DNA of 64,000 nucleotides from Shigella phage Sf17, in sequence record MF327004, one strand, 5' to 3'. Each line of letters opens with the position of its first letter. The stretch's first letter is position 1. Shown piece after piece: positions 9,213 through 16,265 of this stretch. A program made the position numbers and the translations under genes. A model generated the notes under the pieces. The model was not told the DNA's origin, made no database searches, and saw nothing but the letters and a program-made list of their open reading frames with translations.

Positions 9213-9577
9213 TTCTTAGCCTCTAATCTTGCATTTAGTCTAAAATAACCTTTGTGCTGCGGTGAAACATCACCTACAACAACTCCGTCAATCTTATAGC
9301 CTTTACCCATCACATATTGAATATCCATCAAAAATGTACCAAGACCAACGATATGAAACATTGGGTAAAGAAGTTCTTCAGTATCTGGTAGAGGAATTTT
9401 AGGTGTGTATTCGGAATATGTTTCGGTAGGGTTGATATCCTTCTCAGGCCATTTGCTATCACGCCATGTTAAGGGTGTCGGAAGTACATCATCAAGATTA
9501 TACCTGTCACCTTCTTGAACACTTTGGACATAAGATTGTAGGAAGCAATAAAAGTCTTTTCCACTCTTTGCCTTCAT
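9209..9577 (-). CDS. hypothetical protein, paralog of N-terminal domain of 8328-9212
   Basis: Shared motifs PLTWRDSKWPEKDI/PLTYSSPWPESDI, EELLY, FLMDIQYV/FFMDLQYA, LNARLE/LNAKLK. Confidence 0.5.
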   Translation of the reverse strand: MKAKSGKDFYCFLQSYVQSVQEGDRYNLDDVLPTPLTWRDSKWPEKDINPTETYSEYTPKIPLPDTEELLYPMFHIVGLGTFLMDIQYVMGKGYKIDGVVVGDVSPQHKGYFRLNARLEAKK

Positions 9578-9587
9578 TATCTATCCT

Positions 9588-9614
9588 TAACAAATAAAAG
9601 GGGCTTTCGCCCCA
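9588..9614 (-). terminator. rho-independent terminator (minus strand)
   Basis: Minus strand GGGGCGAAAGCCCC followed by TTTTATTTG, after stop of gene 9621-10211. Confidence 0.55.
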
Positions 9615-9620
9615 TAAAAC

Positions 9621-10211
9621 TTAAGCCATAGTCTTAAGCATGTTTTTAAGTTTTTTGAGATTCATTGTCTCATCCAACTTAAATCCAAATCCATTGACGT
9701 ACTCAATGAAATCAGATTTCTTACTCAGAGATAACGCATAGTTCATGTCGAAGTCATTACTTGGAGTGGACTCTGGAGAGGTGTTCACATCGAAAGAAAT
9801 CTCTGTGGAAGTATCTTCAGACTCTCTGAGGTTATCAATCACAACACATGTGTAGTTTGCTGGAGAGAATGATGTTGAACCAGCTACATAACTGTATTTA
9901 GCATTGTGGATAAGATTTGAGAATACTTTGAAGAATGTTTCTGAATCATGACACACCAGTTTAAATTCACTATTAGCACCTAAAGCCATAAGTGAATATG
10001 GGCTTTCACCATCAATGTTATAATCTGGGTTCATTGACTGAACAGTAACACGCATCAAGTTATTTGCAATTGTTTTCTGTTTAAATGAATTAGGTACGTA
10101 GTGCATACCTCTTTCACATTGATTGACCAACTCTTTAAGAAGGTCATCAGAATATGGTGAAGTGATTGATACAGACCCATCACCATTATAATTAAAACTC
10201 ACGTTTAACAT
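9621..10211 (-). CDS. hypothetical protein (196 aa)
   Basis: ORF in minus-strand block. Confidence 0.5.
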   Translation of the reverse strand: MLNVSFNYNGDGSVSITSPYSDDLLKELVNQCERGMHYVPNSFKQKTIANNLMRVTVQSMNPDYNIDGESPYSLMALGANSEFKLVCHDSETFFKVFSNLIHNAKYSYVAGSTSFSPANYTCVVIDNLRESEDTSTEISFDVNTSPESTPSNDFDMNYALSLSKKSDFIEYVNGFGFKLDETMNLKKLKNMLKTMA

Positions 10212-10438
10212 TTATCAGTTCTCCTACGATTGATAATCTTGCTGCAATAGAGAAATGAAGCAAATTCACTGGAAGAAACCATTAGAACCTGTTCACTAGA
10301 TTGAGCTATTGCTCTGAAATACATACCAGTTAGTGCATCATAGTGCTTATTCTTTCCAATTGAAGTGATATACCCATGACTCTTTGCAGTTTGGTATAAA
10401 TCAATAATATCTGTGATTTCTAGTTGGGAGCTACACAT
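10205..10438 (-). CDS. hypothetical protein (77 aa)
   Basis: First ORF of minus-strand block, facing a divergent intergenic region. Confidence 0.4.
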   Translation of the reverse strand: MCSSQLEITDIIDLYQTAKSHGYITSIGKNKHYDALTGMYFRAIAQSSEQVLMVSSSEFASFLYCSKIINRRRTDKC

Positions 10439-10680
10439 AAATAATCCTCTTGTCGTCTATAATTTTGAAAGTATAGGTACAAACCAATTTCAGAGGATTT
10501 GTAATAGAGTAATTCTACCCGCTTTGATTCCTTACAGTGATTGGTATTATTACCTGTCTTCAATTTTGAATTGTTTCTCATTAAGTCTCCTTTGTAGATA
10601 AAGGCAGACCTACAGCTTTAGTAAGATGGTACAGTAATCCATACAACAAGTCAAGAAGTATTGCAACTAAAAAATTTACT

Positions 10681-10720
10681 TGACATTCCTCTTGACAACG
10701 TGTAGCCTAATAAATACTTA
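10681..10720 (+). promoter_or_regulatory. putative promoter region with two direct cTTGACA boxes
   Basis: ttacTTGACAttcctcTTGACAacg in the divergent intergenic region 10439-10828. Confidence 0.3.
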
Positions 10721-10828
10721 GAAGATTACTTAAAAGACTCTTCTAAAAAGGCTATTTAAACAGATATCTTTCTGGATATCTATCTCTTATCTTAAAAGCC
10801 TTTTAAGAGGTCTTAAAAGAGGTGAAGA

Positions 10829-11200
10829 ATGACGAAACGAACAAACAAAGGCCAATTCAAGAAAGGTCAATCTGGTAACCCATCAGGTAGACCCAAAGGC
10901 TCACGTAACAAGAGTTCACTGGTCAAGGCACAGTTGACTATTGATAACTCAGCAGAGTATGCTGCAAAGCTGTTTGAGGCCATTGTCACACGTAATGCTG
11001 ACAAGCTTGCAGAGTTCGGATTAAAGGCTGAAGATGTAAACTTAAAGTCCATGATGGAAGCTGGTAAAACCATCATGACTCACTCAGCAGGTGAGATGAA
11101 AGCAATTGCAGCAGATAGCAAAAAACCTTCTGAAAATGGAGGACAGGGAGCACAGGAGAACAAACCAACGTTCTCTGCTGTAGCAACTCTGAAAAAATAA
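10829..11200 (+). CDS. hypothetical basic protein with N-terminal GNPSGRPKG motif
   Basis: ORF with GAGG ribosome-binding site; basic Gly/Pro-rich N-terminus KGQSGNPSGRPKGSRNK. Confidence 0.5.
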   Translation: MTKRTNKGQFKKGQSGNPSGRPKGSRNKSSLVKAQLTIDNSAEYAAKLFEAIVTRNADKLAEFGLKAEDVNLKSMMEAGKTIMTHSAGEMKAIAADSKKPSENGGQGAQENKPTFSAVATLKK

Positions 11201-11276
11201 TAAAAAGGTGTTGACAGGTTCTAAATCAAACGTTAGAGTCTGTCTCACCAAAACATTCTAACGAGAGAGAATTAAT

Positions 11277-12692
11277 ATGAGCGAATTATTTAAGCACTCG
11301 CATTTACATGCAGGTTTAACTGAAAATGGTGCTGTTAACCACACCTCTTCAATGTCTGCACTGGTAGATTTCTACAAAGCTGCTGGTTCAAGCAGAACAA
11401 ATGTAGAGGTTCTTCCAAACTTGTTTTACAAGGCAATGCGAGAAGATATTGATGTAGCAGTTCGAATCCTGTTACATATGCGAGATGCACGAGAAGGTAT
11501 GGGTGAGCGTAAAGCGTTCCGTTATACTCTTACTAAAGCAATCTCTGACGGGATTCTTGATGAGTTCCAAGTATTACGTATCATGGACAAGATTTCTGAT
11601 TTAGGTCGTTATGATGACTTTAAAATCTTTGTTGGTACACGTTACGAAACAGATGCTTTCAAGCATTTAGAATCGGCACTGTTAGACCCTGCAACATCGG
11701 CTCTGGCAGCAAAATGGTTACCACGAGTAAAATCACGACACATGCGTTTTGTTCGTCGTTTCTGTAAGTTTGCAAATCTTTCAGAGAAGCAGTATCGAGT
11801 TCTTCTGTCAGCACTGTCTGACACTGTTGAACAAAAGATTTCAGCAAATGAGTTCGGAGAGATTGATTACAGCAAGCTTCCTTCACTGGCTGCTGCACGT
11901 TATCAAAAACTCTTCAGTCGTAAAGATGGTGAGCGTTATGCAGCATACATTGCAGCACTGACTAAAGGTGAGACAAAGATTAATGCTGGTGCAGTCTACC
12001 CTTATGACATTACAAAGTCAGTCGGTTATGGTAATGCAACCGTTGCAAATGAGCAGTGGAAAGCTTTACCAAACTGGATGAAAGAGGGTGAGAACATTCT
12101 GTGCATGGCAGATGTATCTTCATCTATGACTTGGGAGCGACATGGTTCTGTTACAGCGCTAGACATTGGTGTATCTTTAGCCCTGTACGTTTCAGAACGT
12201 AATACAGGTTGCTTTAAAGATGAATTGATGGTTTACTCTAGCAGACCTCACTTCATCACATTGAGTGGTGATTTACAGACTCGCTTACGTCAAGTGAAGA
12301 GTCATGTAGAGTATGGTTCAACTGACCTACAAGCTGCTTTTGCAAGAATCCTTGAGATTGGTGTTAAAAACAACTTGACTCAGAAAGAGATGCCTAGTAA
12401 GCTTATCATCTTCTCTGATATGCAGTTTAATCAGGTTGATGGAGCAGATGGTCGTACTAACTTTGAAGCAATTCAAGAAAAGTACAAGAAAGCTGGATAT
12501 GAGATGCCACAACTGGTATTCTGGTACTTAGCAAACCGTAACGGTACTTGCGAAGTGTCTGTAAAGGATAACGGTGTAGCGATGGTATCTGGTTTCTCTC
12601 CAGCCACTTTAAAAGCTTTGCTTGGTGGTGAGAAGTTTGACCCTATCAGCGTAATGCTCAAAGCAGTAATGGTTGAACGCTACGATTGGTAA
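11277..12692 (+). CDS. von Willebrand factor A (vWA) domain protein with MIDAS motif; N-terminal ~270 aa unassigned (possibly TROVE/Ro60-like, unverified)
   Basis: DxSxS motif in CMADVSSSMTWERHG followed by vWA-like alternation of hydrophobic strands; 471-aa ORF. Confidence 0.55.
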   Translation: MSELFKHSHLHAGLTENGAVNHTSSMSALVDFYKAAGSSRTNVEVLPNLFYKAMREDIDVAVRILLHMRDAREGMGERKAFRYTLTKAISDGILDEFQVLRIMDKISDLGRYDDFKIFVGTRYETDAFKHLESALLDPATSALAAKWLPRVKSRHMRFVRRFCKFANLSEKQYRVLLSALSDTVEQKISANEFGEIDYSKLPSLAAARYQKLFSRKDGERYAAYIAALTKGETKINAGAVYPYDITKSVGYGNATVANEQWKALPNWMKEGENILCMADVSSSMTWERHGSVTALDIGVSLALYVSERNTGCFKDELMVYSSRPHFITLSGDLQTRLRQVKSHVEYGSTDLQAAFARILEIGVKNNLTQKEMPSKLIIFSDMQFNQVDGADGRTNFEAIQEKYKKAGYEMPQLVFWYLANRNGTCEVSVKDNGVAMVSGFSPATLKALLGGEKFDPISVMLKAVMVERYDW

Positions 12693-12710
12693 AAAGTTTT
12701 AAAAAGGGTA

Positions 12711-12739
12711 TTGACAAAGTGTTTAATACCCTTTAATAT
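12711..12739 (+). promoter_or_regulatory. putative sigma70-like promoter embedded in a hairpin
   Basis: TTGACA 12711-12716, 17-bp spacer, TAATAT 12734-12739; flanked by inverted repeat AAGGGTATT/AATACCCTT. Confidence 0.45.
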
Positions 12740-12800
12740 GTTCTACATAGAAACGAAAAAGAAGTTTTCTGAAATAAATCAAATTATTTTAAAAAACCTC

Positions 12801-12830
12801 TTGACAGACACTAAAAAATAGTGTTATAGT
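12801..12830 (+). promoter_or_regulatory. putative sigma70-like promoter for the tRNA array
   Basis: TTGACA 12801-12806, 18-bp spacer, TATAGT 12825-12830, about 28 nt before first tRNA. Confidence 0.5.
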
Positions 12831-12857
12831 TGTTACATAGGTTGTTAAAAAGATTAT

Positions 12858-12937
12858 CTCCGTTTAGCTCAGTTTGGTTTAGCAGCACTTGCTTTGGGAG
12901 CAAGGGGTCGAAGGTTCAAATCCTTCAACGGAGACCA
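12858..12937 (+). tRNA. tRNA-Pro (anticodon TGG)
   Basis: Manual fold: acceptor CTCCGTT/AACGGAG, anticodon loop tt-TGG-ga, T-arm GAAGGTTCAAATCCTTC, encoded CCA. Confidence 0.55.
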
Positions 12938-12944
12938 AATTATA

Positions 12945-13020
12945 TTCCCGTAGACAAATTAGGTAAAGTCAACACCCTTTCAAGGTGTGGTTTGAGGGTT
13001 CAAGTCCCTTCGGGAATGCC
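12945..13020 (+). tRNA. tRNA-Glu (anticodon TTC)
   Basis: Acceptor ATTCCCG/CGGGAAT, anticodon stem ACACC/GGTGT with loop ct-TTC-aa, T-loop TTCAAGT, CCA. Confidence 0.6.
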
Positions 13021-13027
13021 AGTTTTG

Positions 13028-13100
13028 ACAGAAGACCAATTACAGCAAACAAACTTTTCAATTTCGCGCATAGAAATCCAAAAAAGATTTGGTCTGGTCA
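13028..13100 (+). repeat. structured repeat element R1 (candidate small RNA, not a tRNA)
   Basis: Conserved 5-prime cAGAAGACCaaTTACAGCAAACA and 3-prime tttGGTCTGGTca ends that can pair (AGACCAA/TTGGTCT); AT-rich interior. Confidence 0.45.
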
Positions 13101-13108
13101 TTAAGAAT

Positions 13109-13185
13109 TGCGGGTATAGAGAAAGGGTGTCTCACATGTCTCATTAGCATGTTATCGGTAGGTTCGACTCCTACACCCGCCTCCA
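13109..13185 (+). tRNA. tRNA-Met (anticodon CAT)
   Basis: Acceptor with 6 bp plus terminal mismatch, anticodon loop ct-CAT-ta, T-arm GTAGGTTCGACTCCTAC, CCA. Confidence 0.45.
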
Positions 13186-13190
13186 AATTT

Positions 13191-13260
13191 ACAGAAGGCC
13201 GTTTACAGCAAACACTTAAAATTTTTTATAGGCAAAAAATGAAAAGATACGGTCTGGTAA
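13191..13260 (+). repeat. structured repeat element R2
   Basis: Same conserved ends as R1 (cagaaGGCCGTttacagcaaaca ... atACGGTCTGGTaat). Confidence 0.45.
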
Positions 13261-13269
13261 TACTAACAT

Positions 13270-13346
13270 GGTTAGGAAGCACATAAGGCATGTGCGGTCG
13301 GCTGTTAACCGAATGGTACAGGGTTCGAATCCCTGACTAACCGCCA
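13270..13346 (+). tRNA. tRNA-Asn (anticodon GTT), unusual D-arm
   Basis: Anticodon loop ct-GTT-aa, T-arm CAGGGTTCGAATCCCTG, acceptor ACTAACC-G-CCA; D-region forms 5-bp hairpin GCACAtaaggcaTGTGC. Confidence 0.45.
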
Positions 13347-13410
13347 AGATTTGGGAGAGAAGCGATTGCTCACCGATTTGTAAGGTGCAAGTCCTTAGCC
13401 TGAATAGAAT
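13347..13410 (+). other. tRNA-like fragment (T-arm-like AAGGTGCAAGTCCTT without acceptor or CCA)
   Basis: Contains T-arm-like hairpin but no complementary acceptor strands were found. Confidence 0.25.
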
Positions 13411-13415
13411 AAAAT

Positions 13416-13503
13416 GCGTCGTTATCCCGTAGATGGAAGCGGTGGTGACTGTAAATCACTTGTCATTATGACTCGGGAGGTTCGACTCCTTCACGGCGCA
13501 CCA
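13416..13503 (+). tRNA. tRNA-Tyr (anticodon GTA), long variable arm
   Basis: Acceptor GCGTCGT/ACGGCGC, anticodon loop ct-GTA-aa, extra arm, T-arm GGAGGTTCGACTCCTTC, CCA. Confidence 0.5.
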
Positions 13504-13509
13504 AATAAA

Positions 13510-13586
13510 GGTTATGTAGTTTAACTGGTCAAAATACCTCCCTGTCACGGAGGATGATGAGGGTTCGAATCCCTTCGTAACCGCCA
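13510..13586 (+). tRNA. tRNA-Asp (anticodon GTC)
   Basis: Acceptor GGTTATG/CGTAACC, anticodon stem CCTCC/GGAGG with loop ct-GTC-ac, T-arm GAGGGTTCGAATCCCTT, CCA. Confidence 0.55.
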
Positions 13587-13616
13587 AATTTGAGAGGGCT
13601 TTTTAGCCCCTCCCTT

Positions 13617-13648
13617 AAAGAGTTCTTACGAGTATTCTTTAAAGGAGC
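13617..13648 (+). repeat. palindromic spacer element cttaaagaGTTCTTACGAGtattctttaaagg
   Basis: Related copies at 14541-14570 and 16778-16805. Confidence 0.4.
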
Positions 13649-13724
13649 AGAAGACCAAATACAGCAAGCAATTTTAATATTTCAAGCCAATTTAATTTGA
13701 AAAATTTAAAACTTGGTCTGGTTC
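13647..13724 (+). repeat. structured repeat element R3
   Basis: gcAGAAGACCAAatacagcaagca ... acttGGTCTGGTtcc. Confidence 0.45.
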
Positions 13725-13734
13725 CAACAATTTT

Positions 13735-13865
13735 ACAGAAGACCGTTTACAGCAAACAATAAACAATCTATTTCTCTGGTAAAGAAAAGGCGAAGGTTCG
13801 ATTCCTTCACACGTTACGGCGTGTTGGTGTAATGGAAGCACTTAAGATAAATACGGTCTGGTAAT
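13735..13865 (+). repeat. structured repeat element R4 (long variant containing a tRNA T-arm-like hairpin GAAGGTTCGATTCCTTC)
   Basis: Same conserved ends (cagaAGACCGTttacagcaaaca ... atACGGTCTGGTaat); ~110-nt interior includes a perfect T-arm mimic and hairpin ACACGttacggCGTGT. Confidence 0.45.
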
Positions 13866-13868
13866 CCT

Positions 13869-14001
13869 CTTTGCAGTGACTTATGGAGCTAACCAGTCGT
13901 CCCATGAGTGCCGAAGAGTCTCTTGAGCATGATTCTAGATTAGCTTACTAAGAGATGACTCTACAAACCCTTTAGCAAGGTTTGCGTAGGTTACTGCAAA
14001 G
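13869..14001 (+). ncRNA. candidate structured small RNA S1 (closed by 9-bp helix CTTTGCAGT/ACTGCAAAG)
   Basis: Terminal 9-bp inverted repeat about 115 nt apart plus internal hairpins (GAGTCTCTT...AAGAGAtGACTC; CAAACCctttagcaaGGTTTG); no ORF, no tRNA fold. Confidence 0.35.
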
Positions 14002-14011
14002 ATGATTTAAT

Positions 14012-14087
14012 GGAAGTGTAGCAGAATGGTGATGCGGCAGACTTTTAATCTGACAGGCGACGGGTTCGAATCCCTCCACTTCTACCA
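14012..14087 (+). tRNA. tRNA-Lys (anticodon TTT)
   Basis: Acceptor GGAAGTG/CACTTCT, anticodon loop ct-TTT-aa, T-loop TTCGAAT, CCA. Confidence 0.5.
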
Positions 14088-14092
14088 AATTC

Positions 14093-14159
14093 GCCCCTTA
14101 ACTGAAGAACACATGCGCGGCTGGAAACACCCACTCAATCATTTCTCTACAAAGGGGCA
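14093..14159 (+). other. hairpin-bounded spacer element (GCCCCTT ... AAGGGGC, ~55-nt interior)
   Basis: 7-bp inverted repeat enclosing a non-tRNA sequence. Confidence 0.3.
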
Positions 14160-14168
14160 ACTTATAAT

Positions 14169-14245
14169 GGTTCAGTCGCAGATAAGGTAATGCAAGGGTT
14201 TCATAAGCCCTATGAATGTGGGTTCGATTCCCACCTGAACCTCCA
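14169..14245 (+). tRNA. tRNA with anticodon CAT (Met, initiator or Ile2-type)
   Basis: Acceptor GGTTCAG/CTGAACC, anticodon loop tt-CAT-aa, T-arm GTGGGTTCGATTCCCAC, CCA. Confidence 0.55.
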
Positions 14246-14247
14246 AT

Positions 14248-14323
14248 GCTGGTATAGTTAAGAAGGTTATAACACTCCCCTGATAAGGGAATATCGGTGG
14301 TTCGATTCCACCTACCAGTACCA
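14248..14323 (+). tRNA. tRNA-Ile (anticodon GAT)
   Basis: Acceptor GCTGGTA/TACCAGT, anticodon loop ct-GAT-aa, T-arm GGTGGTTCGATTCCACC, CCA. Confidence 0.6.
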
Positions 14324-14337
14324 AATTTCATAAAGTT

Positions 14338-14367
14338 GTTGACATTAAGATGTGACCACTTTAAGAT
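14338..14367 (+). promoter_or_regulatory. putative internal sigma70-like promoter within the tRNA array
   Basis: TTGACA 14338-14343, 18-bp spacer, TAAGAT 14362-14367. Confidence 0.4.
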
Positions 14368-14571
14368 AACCTTAGTTTTCGTTAGCGTAGCGTCTATTTT
14401 AAAAACTTAAAAATAAATGCAAACGATAATGTTTTTCTGGCAGTAGCTTAATAGGCTAAACACCAGCAGGGTATTCCAACCCCCTGTTAAAGAATTTGGC
14501 GTACTAGCCCACGGTATGATTAATAAAGTGGGCATCTTTAAGGGTTTTCTAAGAGAGCCTTTAAAGATAAT

Positions 14572-14648
14572 GCACCCTTAGTTCAAACGGATAGAGCAAC
14601 GGTCTTCTAAACCGTCAGTTACAGGTTCGAATCCTGTAGGGTGTGCCA
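14572..14648 (+). tRNA. tRNA-Arg (anticodon TCT)
   Basis: Acceptor GCACCCT/AGGGTGT, D-arm TAGTTCAAACGGATAGAGC, anticodon loop ct-TCT-aa, T-arm CAGGTTCGAATCCTG, CCA. Confidence 0.6.
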
Positions 14649-14656
14649 ATTTTAAT

Positions 14657-14777
14657 GGTCAAGACAACACGAGTAAGTTATCTTGGATACGCGTTAAGAG
14701 ATAAACGAAAGTCGGATAGTTGCTGAAGGGTAGCTCCCTTTAATAGTAAGTAGGTTCGACTCCTACCTTGACTGCCA
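14657..14777 (+). other. tRNA-like element with T-arm and 3-prime CCA but ambiguous body (too long or missing anticodon arm)
   Basis: 3-prime GTAGGTTCGACTCCTAC-CTTGACT-G-CCA; candidate 5-prime acceptor at 14657 gives ~120 nt, at 14710 gives ~68 nt. Confidence 0.3.
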
Positions 14778-14942
14778 ATTAGTTAGCAGATTACTATGAC
14801 GACCTTTATGGGTCTCCGCATTGACTTGAAAGAGTCAATCTCATAAGGAGGTGGTCTGTATCTCATGTTTTCCAGAACATGTAAATAATCTGAGAAGAAG
14901 CTTGACAGTGTTGAGATAACAGGGTAAGCTTCGAAATATAGT

Positions 14943-15025
14943 ATGGGACGATGTTAAGACACTAAGGCATGTGCGTAAGCCTCCAAAACTTACTCAAAGG
15001 GGTTCGAATCCTCCGTCCCATGCCA
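14943..15025 (+). tRNA. tRNA, probably Trp (anticodon CCA) with mismatched closing pair
   Basis: Acceptor ATGGGAC/GTCCCAT, anticodon region GTAAGc-ctCCAaa-aCTTAC, T-loop TTCGAAT, CCA; D-region hairpin like the Asn tRNA. Confidence 0.4.
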
Positions 15026-15038
15026 AAGTCTTATTAGG

Positions 15039-15126
15039 GGTAGGTAGCGGCTAATGGAAGCCAAACTGTCTTGAAAACAGTTGCCATTGTAGAGATACGG
15101 TGAGGGTTCGACTCCTTTATCTACCG
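15039..15126 (+). tRNA. tRNA-Ser (anticodon TGA), long variable arm, no encoded CCA
   Basis: Acceptor GGTAGGT/ATCTACC, anticodon stem ACTGT/ACAGT loop ct-TGA-aa, long extra arm, T-loop TTCGACT. Confidence 0.55.
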
Positions 15127-15381
15127 CCTAATAAGATTTAAAGCTGAGACTATTTGTTCGAGCAAGTGTTTCAGGTTTCCTCTTCGTGTATTGGCGTACA
15201 CGGCACTGGTAAAGCACCTAGTAGGTGTCACGGAGAAGAGATAGTATCAAGCTCTCCAAAGGTTCTAGTCACCGGATTAAGCAAGACTATGCAAAGGCCA
15301 ATAGGTCTTTTTAGAGAATTGTTAAGGCATTTGATACCATTGTTGCTTTGGCGTCTTAGCAGTTCTCTACAAAGATTTAAT

Positions 15382-15458
15382 GCACCTATAGCCCAATTGG
15401 AAGAGGCAGCAGACTTAGAATCTGCTCAGTGTGAGTTCGAATCTCTCTAGGTGTACCA
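15382..15458 (+). tRNA. tRNA with anticodon TAG (Leu-type anticodon; short variable arm in manual fold)
   Basis: Acceptor GCACCTA/TAGGTGT, anticodon stem GCAGA/TCTGC loop ct-TAG-aa, T-loop TTCGAAT, CCA; 77 nt. Confidence 0.4.
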
Positions 15459-15465
15459 AATTAAT

Positions 15466-15541
15466 GCAGGTGTAGCAAAATGGTTATGCGGCTGACTCTT
15501 AATCAGTAAGACGATGGGTTCAATTCCCTCCACCTGTACCA
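15466..15541 (+). tRNA. tRNA, tentatively Lys (anticodon CTT)
   Basis: Acceptor GCAGGTG/CACCTGT, anticodon loop ct-CTT-aa, T-loop TTCAATT, CCA. Confidence 0.4.
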
Positions 15542-15547
15542 AACAAT

Positions 15548-15623
15548 GGGGATGTAGTTTACATGGTTAAAACATAAGTTTTGCAAACTTAAGTACAGGG
15601 TTCAATTCCCTGCTTCTCCACCA
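15548..15623 (+). tRNA. tRNA-Ala (anticodon TGC)
   Basis: Anticodon stem TAAGT/ACTTA loop tt-TGC-aa, T-arm CAGGGTTCAATTCCCTG, CCA. Confidence 0.55.
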
Positions 15624-15629
15624 ATTAGT

Positions 15630-15704
15630 GCATCCATAGTTTAAATGGGAAAATTACAGTCTTCCAAACTGAGGTTGAGGGTTCGATTCCCTCTGGATGC
15701 TCCA
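15630..15704 (+). tRNA. tRNA-Gly (anticodon TCC)
   Basis: Acceptor GCATCCA/TGGATGC, anticodon loop ct-TCC-aa, T-arm GAGGGTTCGATTCCCTC, CCA. Confidence 0.6.
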
Positions 15705-15710
15705 AATAAT

Positions 15711-15787
15711 GCTGCTTTCGTATAATTGGCTATTGCACATCCCTTGTAAGGATGGAGATGCAGGTTCGAGTCCTGTGAGCAGCACCA
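15711..15787 (+). tRNA. tRNA-Thr (anticodon TGT)
   Basis: Acceptor GCTGCTT/GAGCAGC, anticodon stem CATCC/GGATG loop ct-TGT-aa, T-loop TTCGAGT, CCA. Confidence 0.6.
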
Positions 15788-15792
15788 ATTTT

Positions 15793-15885
15793 GAGGTCAA
15801 GTGAAAGACCGCTTGAGTCAACTGAAGACCGTAACAAATTCCACGGAGTTGAGTTAGCGGCACAGCTTCAGACCTCTTCAAAGCT
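15793..15885 (+). ncRNA. candidate structured element S3 (nested inverted repeats GAGGTC...GACCTC and CTGAAG...CTTCAG)
   Basis: Non-tRNA spacer with nested helices; contains GAAGACCG word shared with R elements. Confidence 0.3.
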
Positions 15886-15892
15886 CGCTTAG

Positions 15893-15967
15893 TTTATATG
15901 GTAAAGCCCCATCCTTACAAGTTGGTGAAGAAGGTTCAAGTCCTTCAGCGAGTACCAAGTTCCAGTA
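15893..15967 (+). tRNA. tRNA-Val (anticodon TAC)
   Basis: Acceptor GCTCGCT/AGCGAGT, anticodon loop ct-TAC-aa, T-arm GAAGGTTCAAGTCCTTC, CCA. Confidence 0.55.
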
Positions 15968-15968
15968 T

Positions 15969-16046
15969 CCCAATTGGCAGAGGATGCAAGCTCAAACCTT
16001 GTATTAGTGACGGTTCGAATCCGTCTTGGAACACCAATTTTAGGAG
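15969..16046 (+). tRNA. tRNA with anticodon CAA (Leu-type anticodon; short variable arm in manual fold)
   Basis: Acceptor GTTCCAG/TTGGAAC, anticodon stem GCAAG/CTTGT loop ct-CAA-ac, T-arm GACGGTTCGAATCCGTC, CCA. Confidence 0.4.
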
Positions 16047-16052
16047 ATTCCT

Positions 16053-16265
16053 ATGAAGCCTTATGGTAGACATGGTAAAGTTGAAATTGCAAGTTGTGGC
16101 TGCTGTGCAGCACATGATGGTGAAGAAGATTATTACAAATGGCGTACAGACCATCGTAAACGCTTTCTCAGAAGAGATAAGAAGAGAGCTAGACAGGAAT
16201 CTCAAAAGGATATTGCAGAATTAGTTCAAATGGACAGAGCAGCAACCTACGAAGTTGTTAGTTAG
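16053..16265 (+). CDS. possible small basic protein (70 aa) whose 3-prime third overlaps tRNA-Arg; may be spurious
   Basis: AGGAGA ribosome-binding site 6 nt upstream of ATG; last ~17 codons lie inside tRNA-Arg(ACG). Confidence 0.25.
   Translation: MKPYGRHGKVEIASCGCCAAHDGEEDYYKWRTDHRKRFLRRDKKRARQESQKDIAELVQMDRAATYEVVS

Noticed and set aside
13028-13865. R1-R4 elements as canonical tRNAs
   Set aside because: No acceptor, anticodon or T-arm arrangement fits a cloverleaf; only R4 has an isolated T-arm mimic
14098-14331. 77-aa minus-strand ORF
   Set aside because: Antisense to two tRNA genes and a spacer element
15154-15450. 98-aa plus-strand ORF in the tRNA array
   Set aside because: Runs through a structured non-coding spacer into the tRNA with anticodon TAG and has no ribosome-binding site
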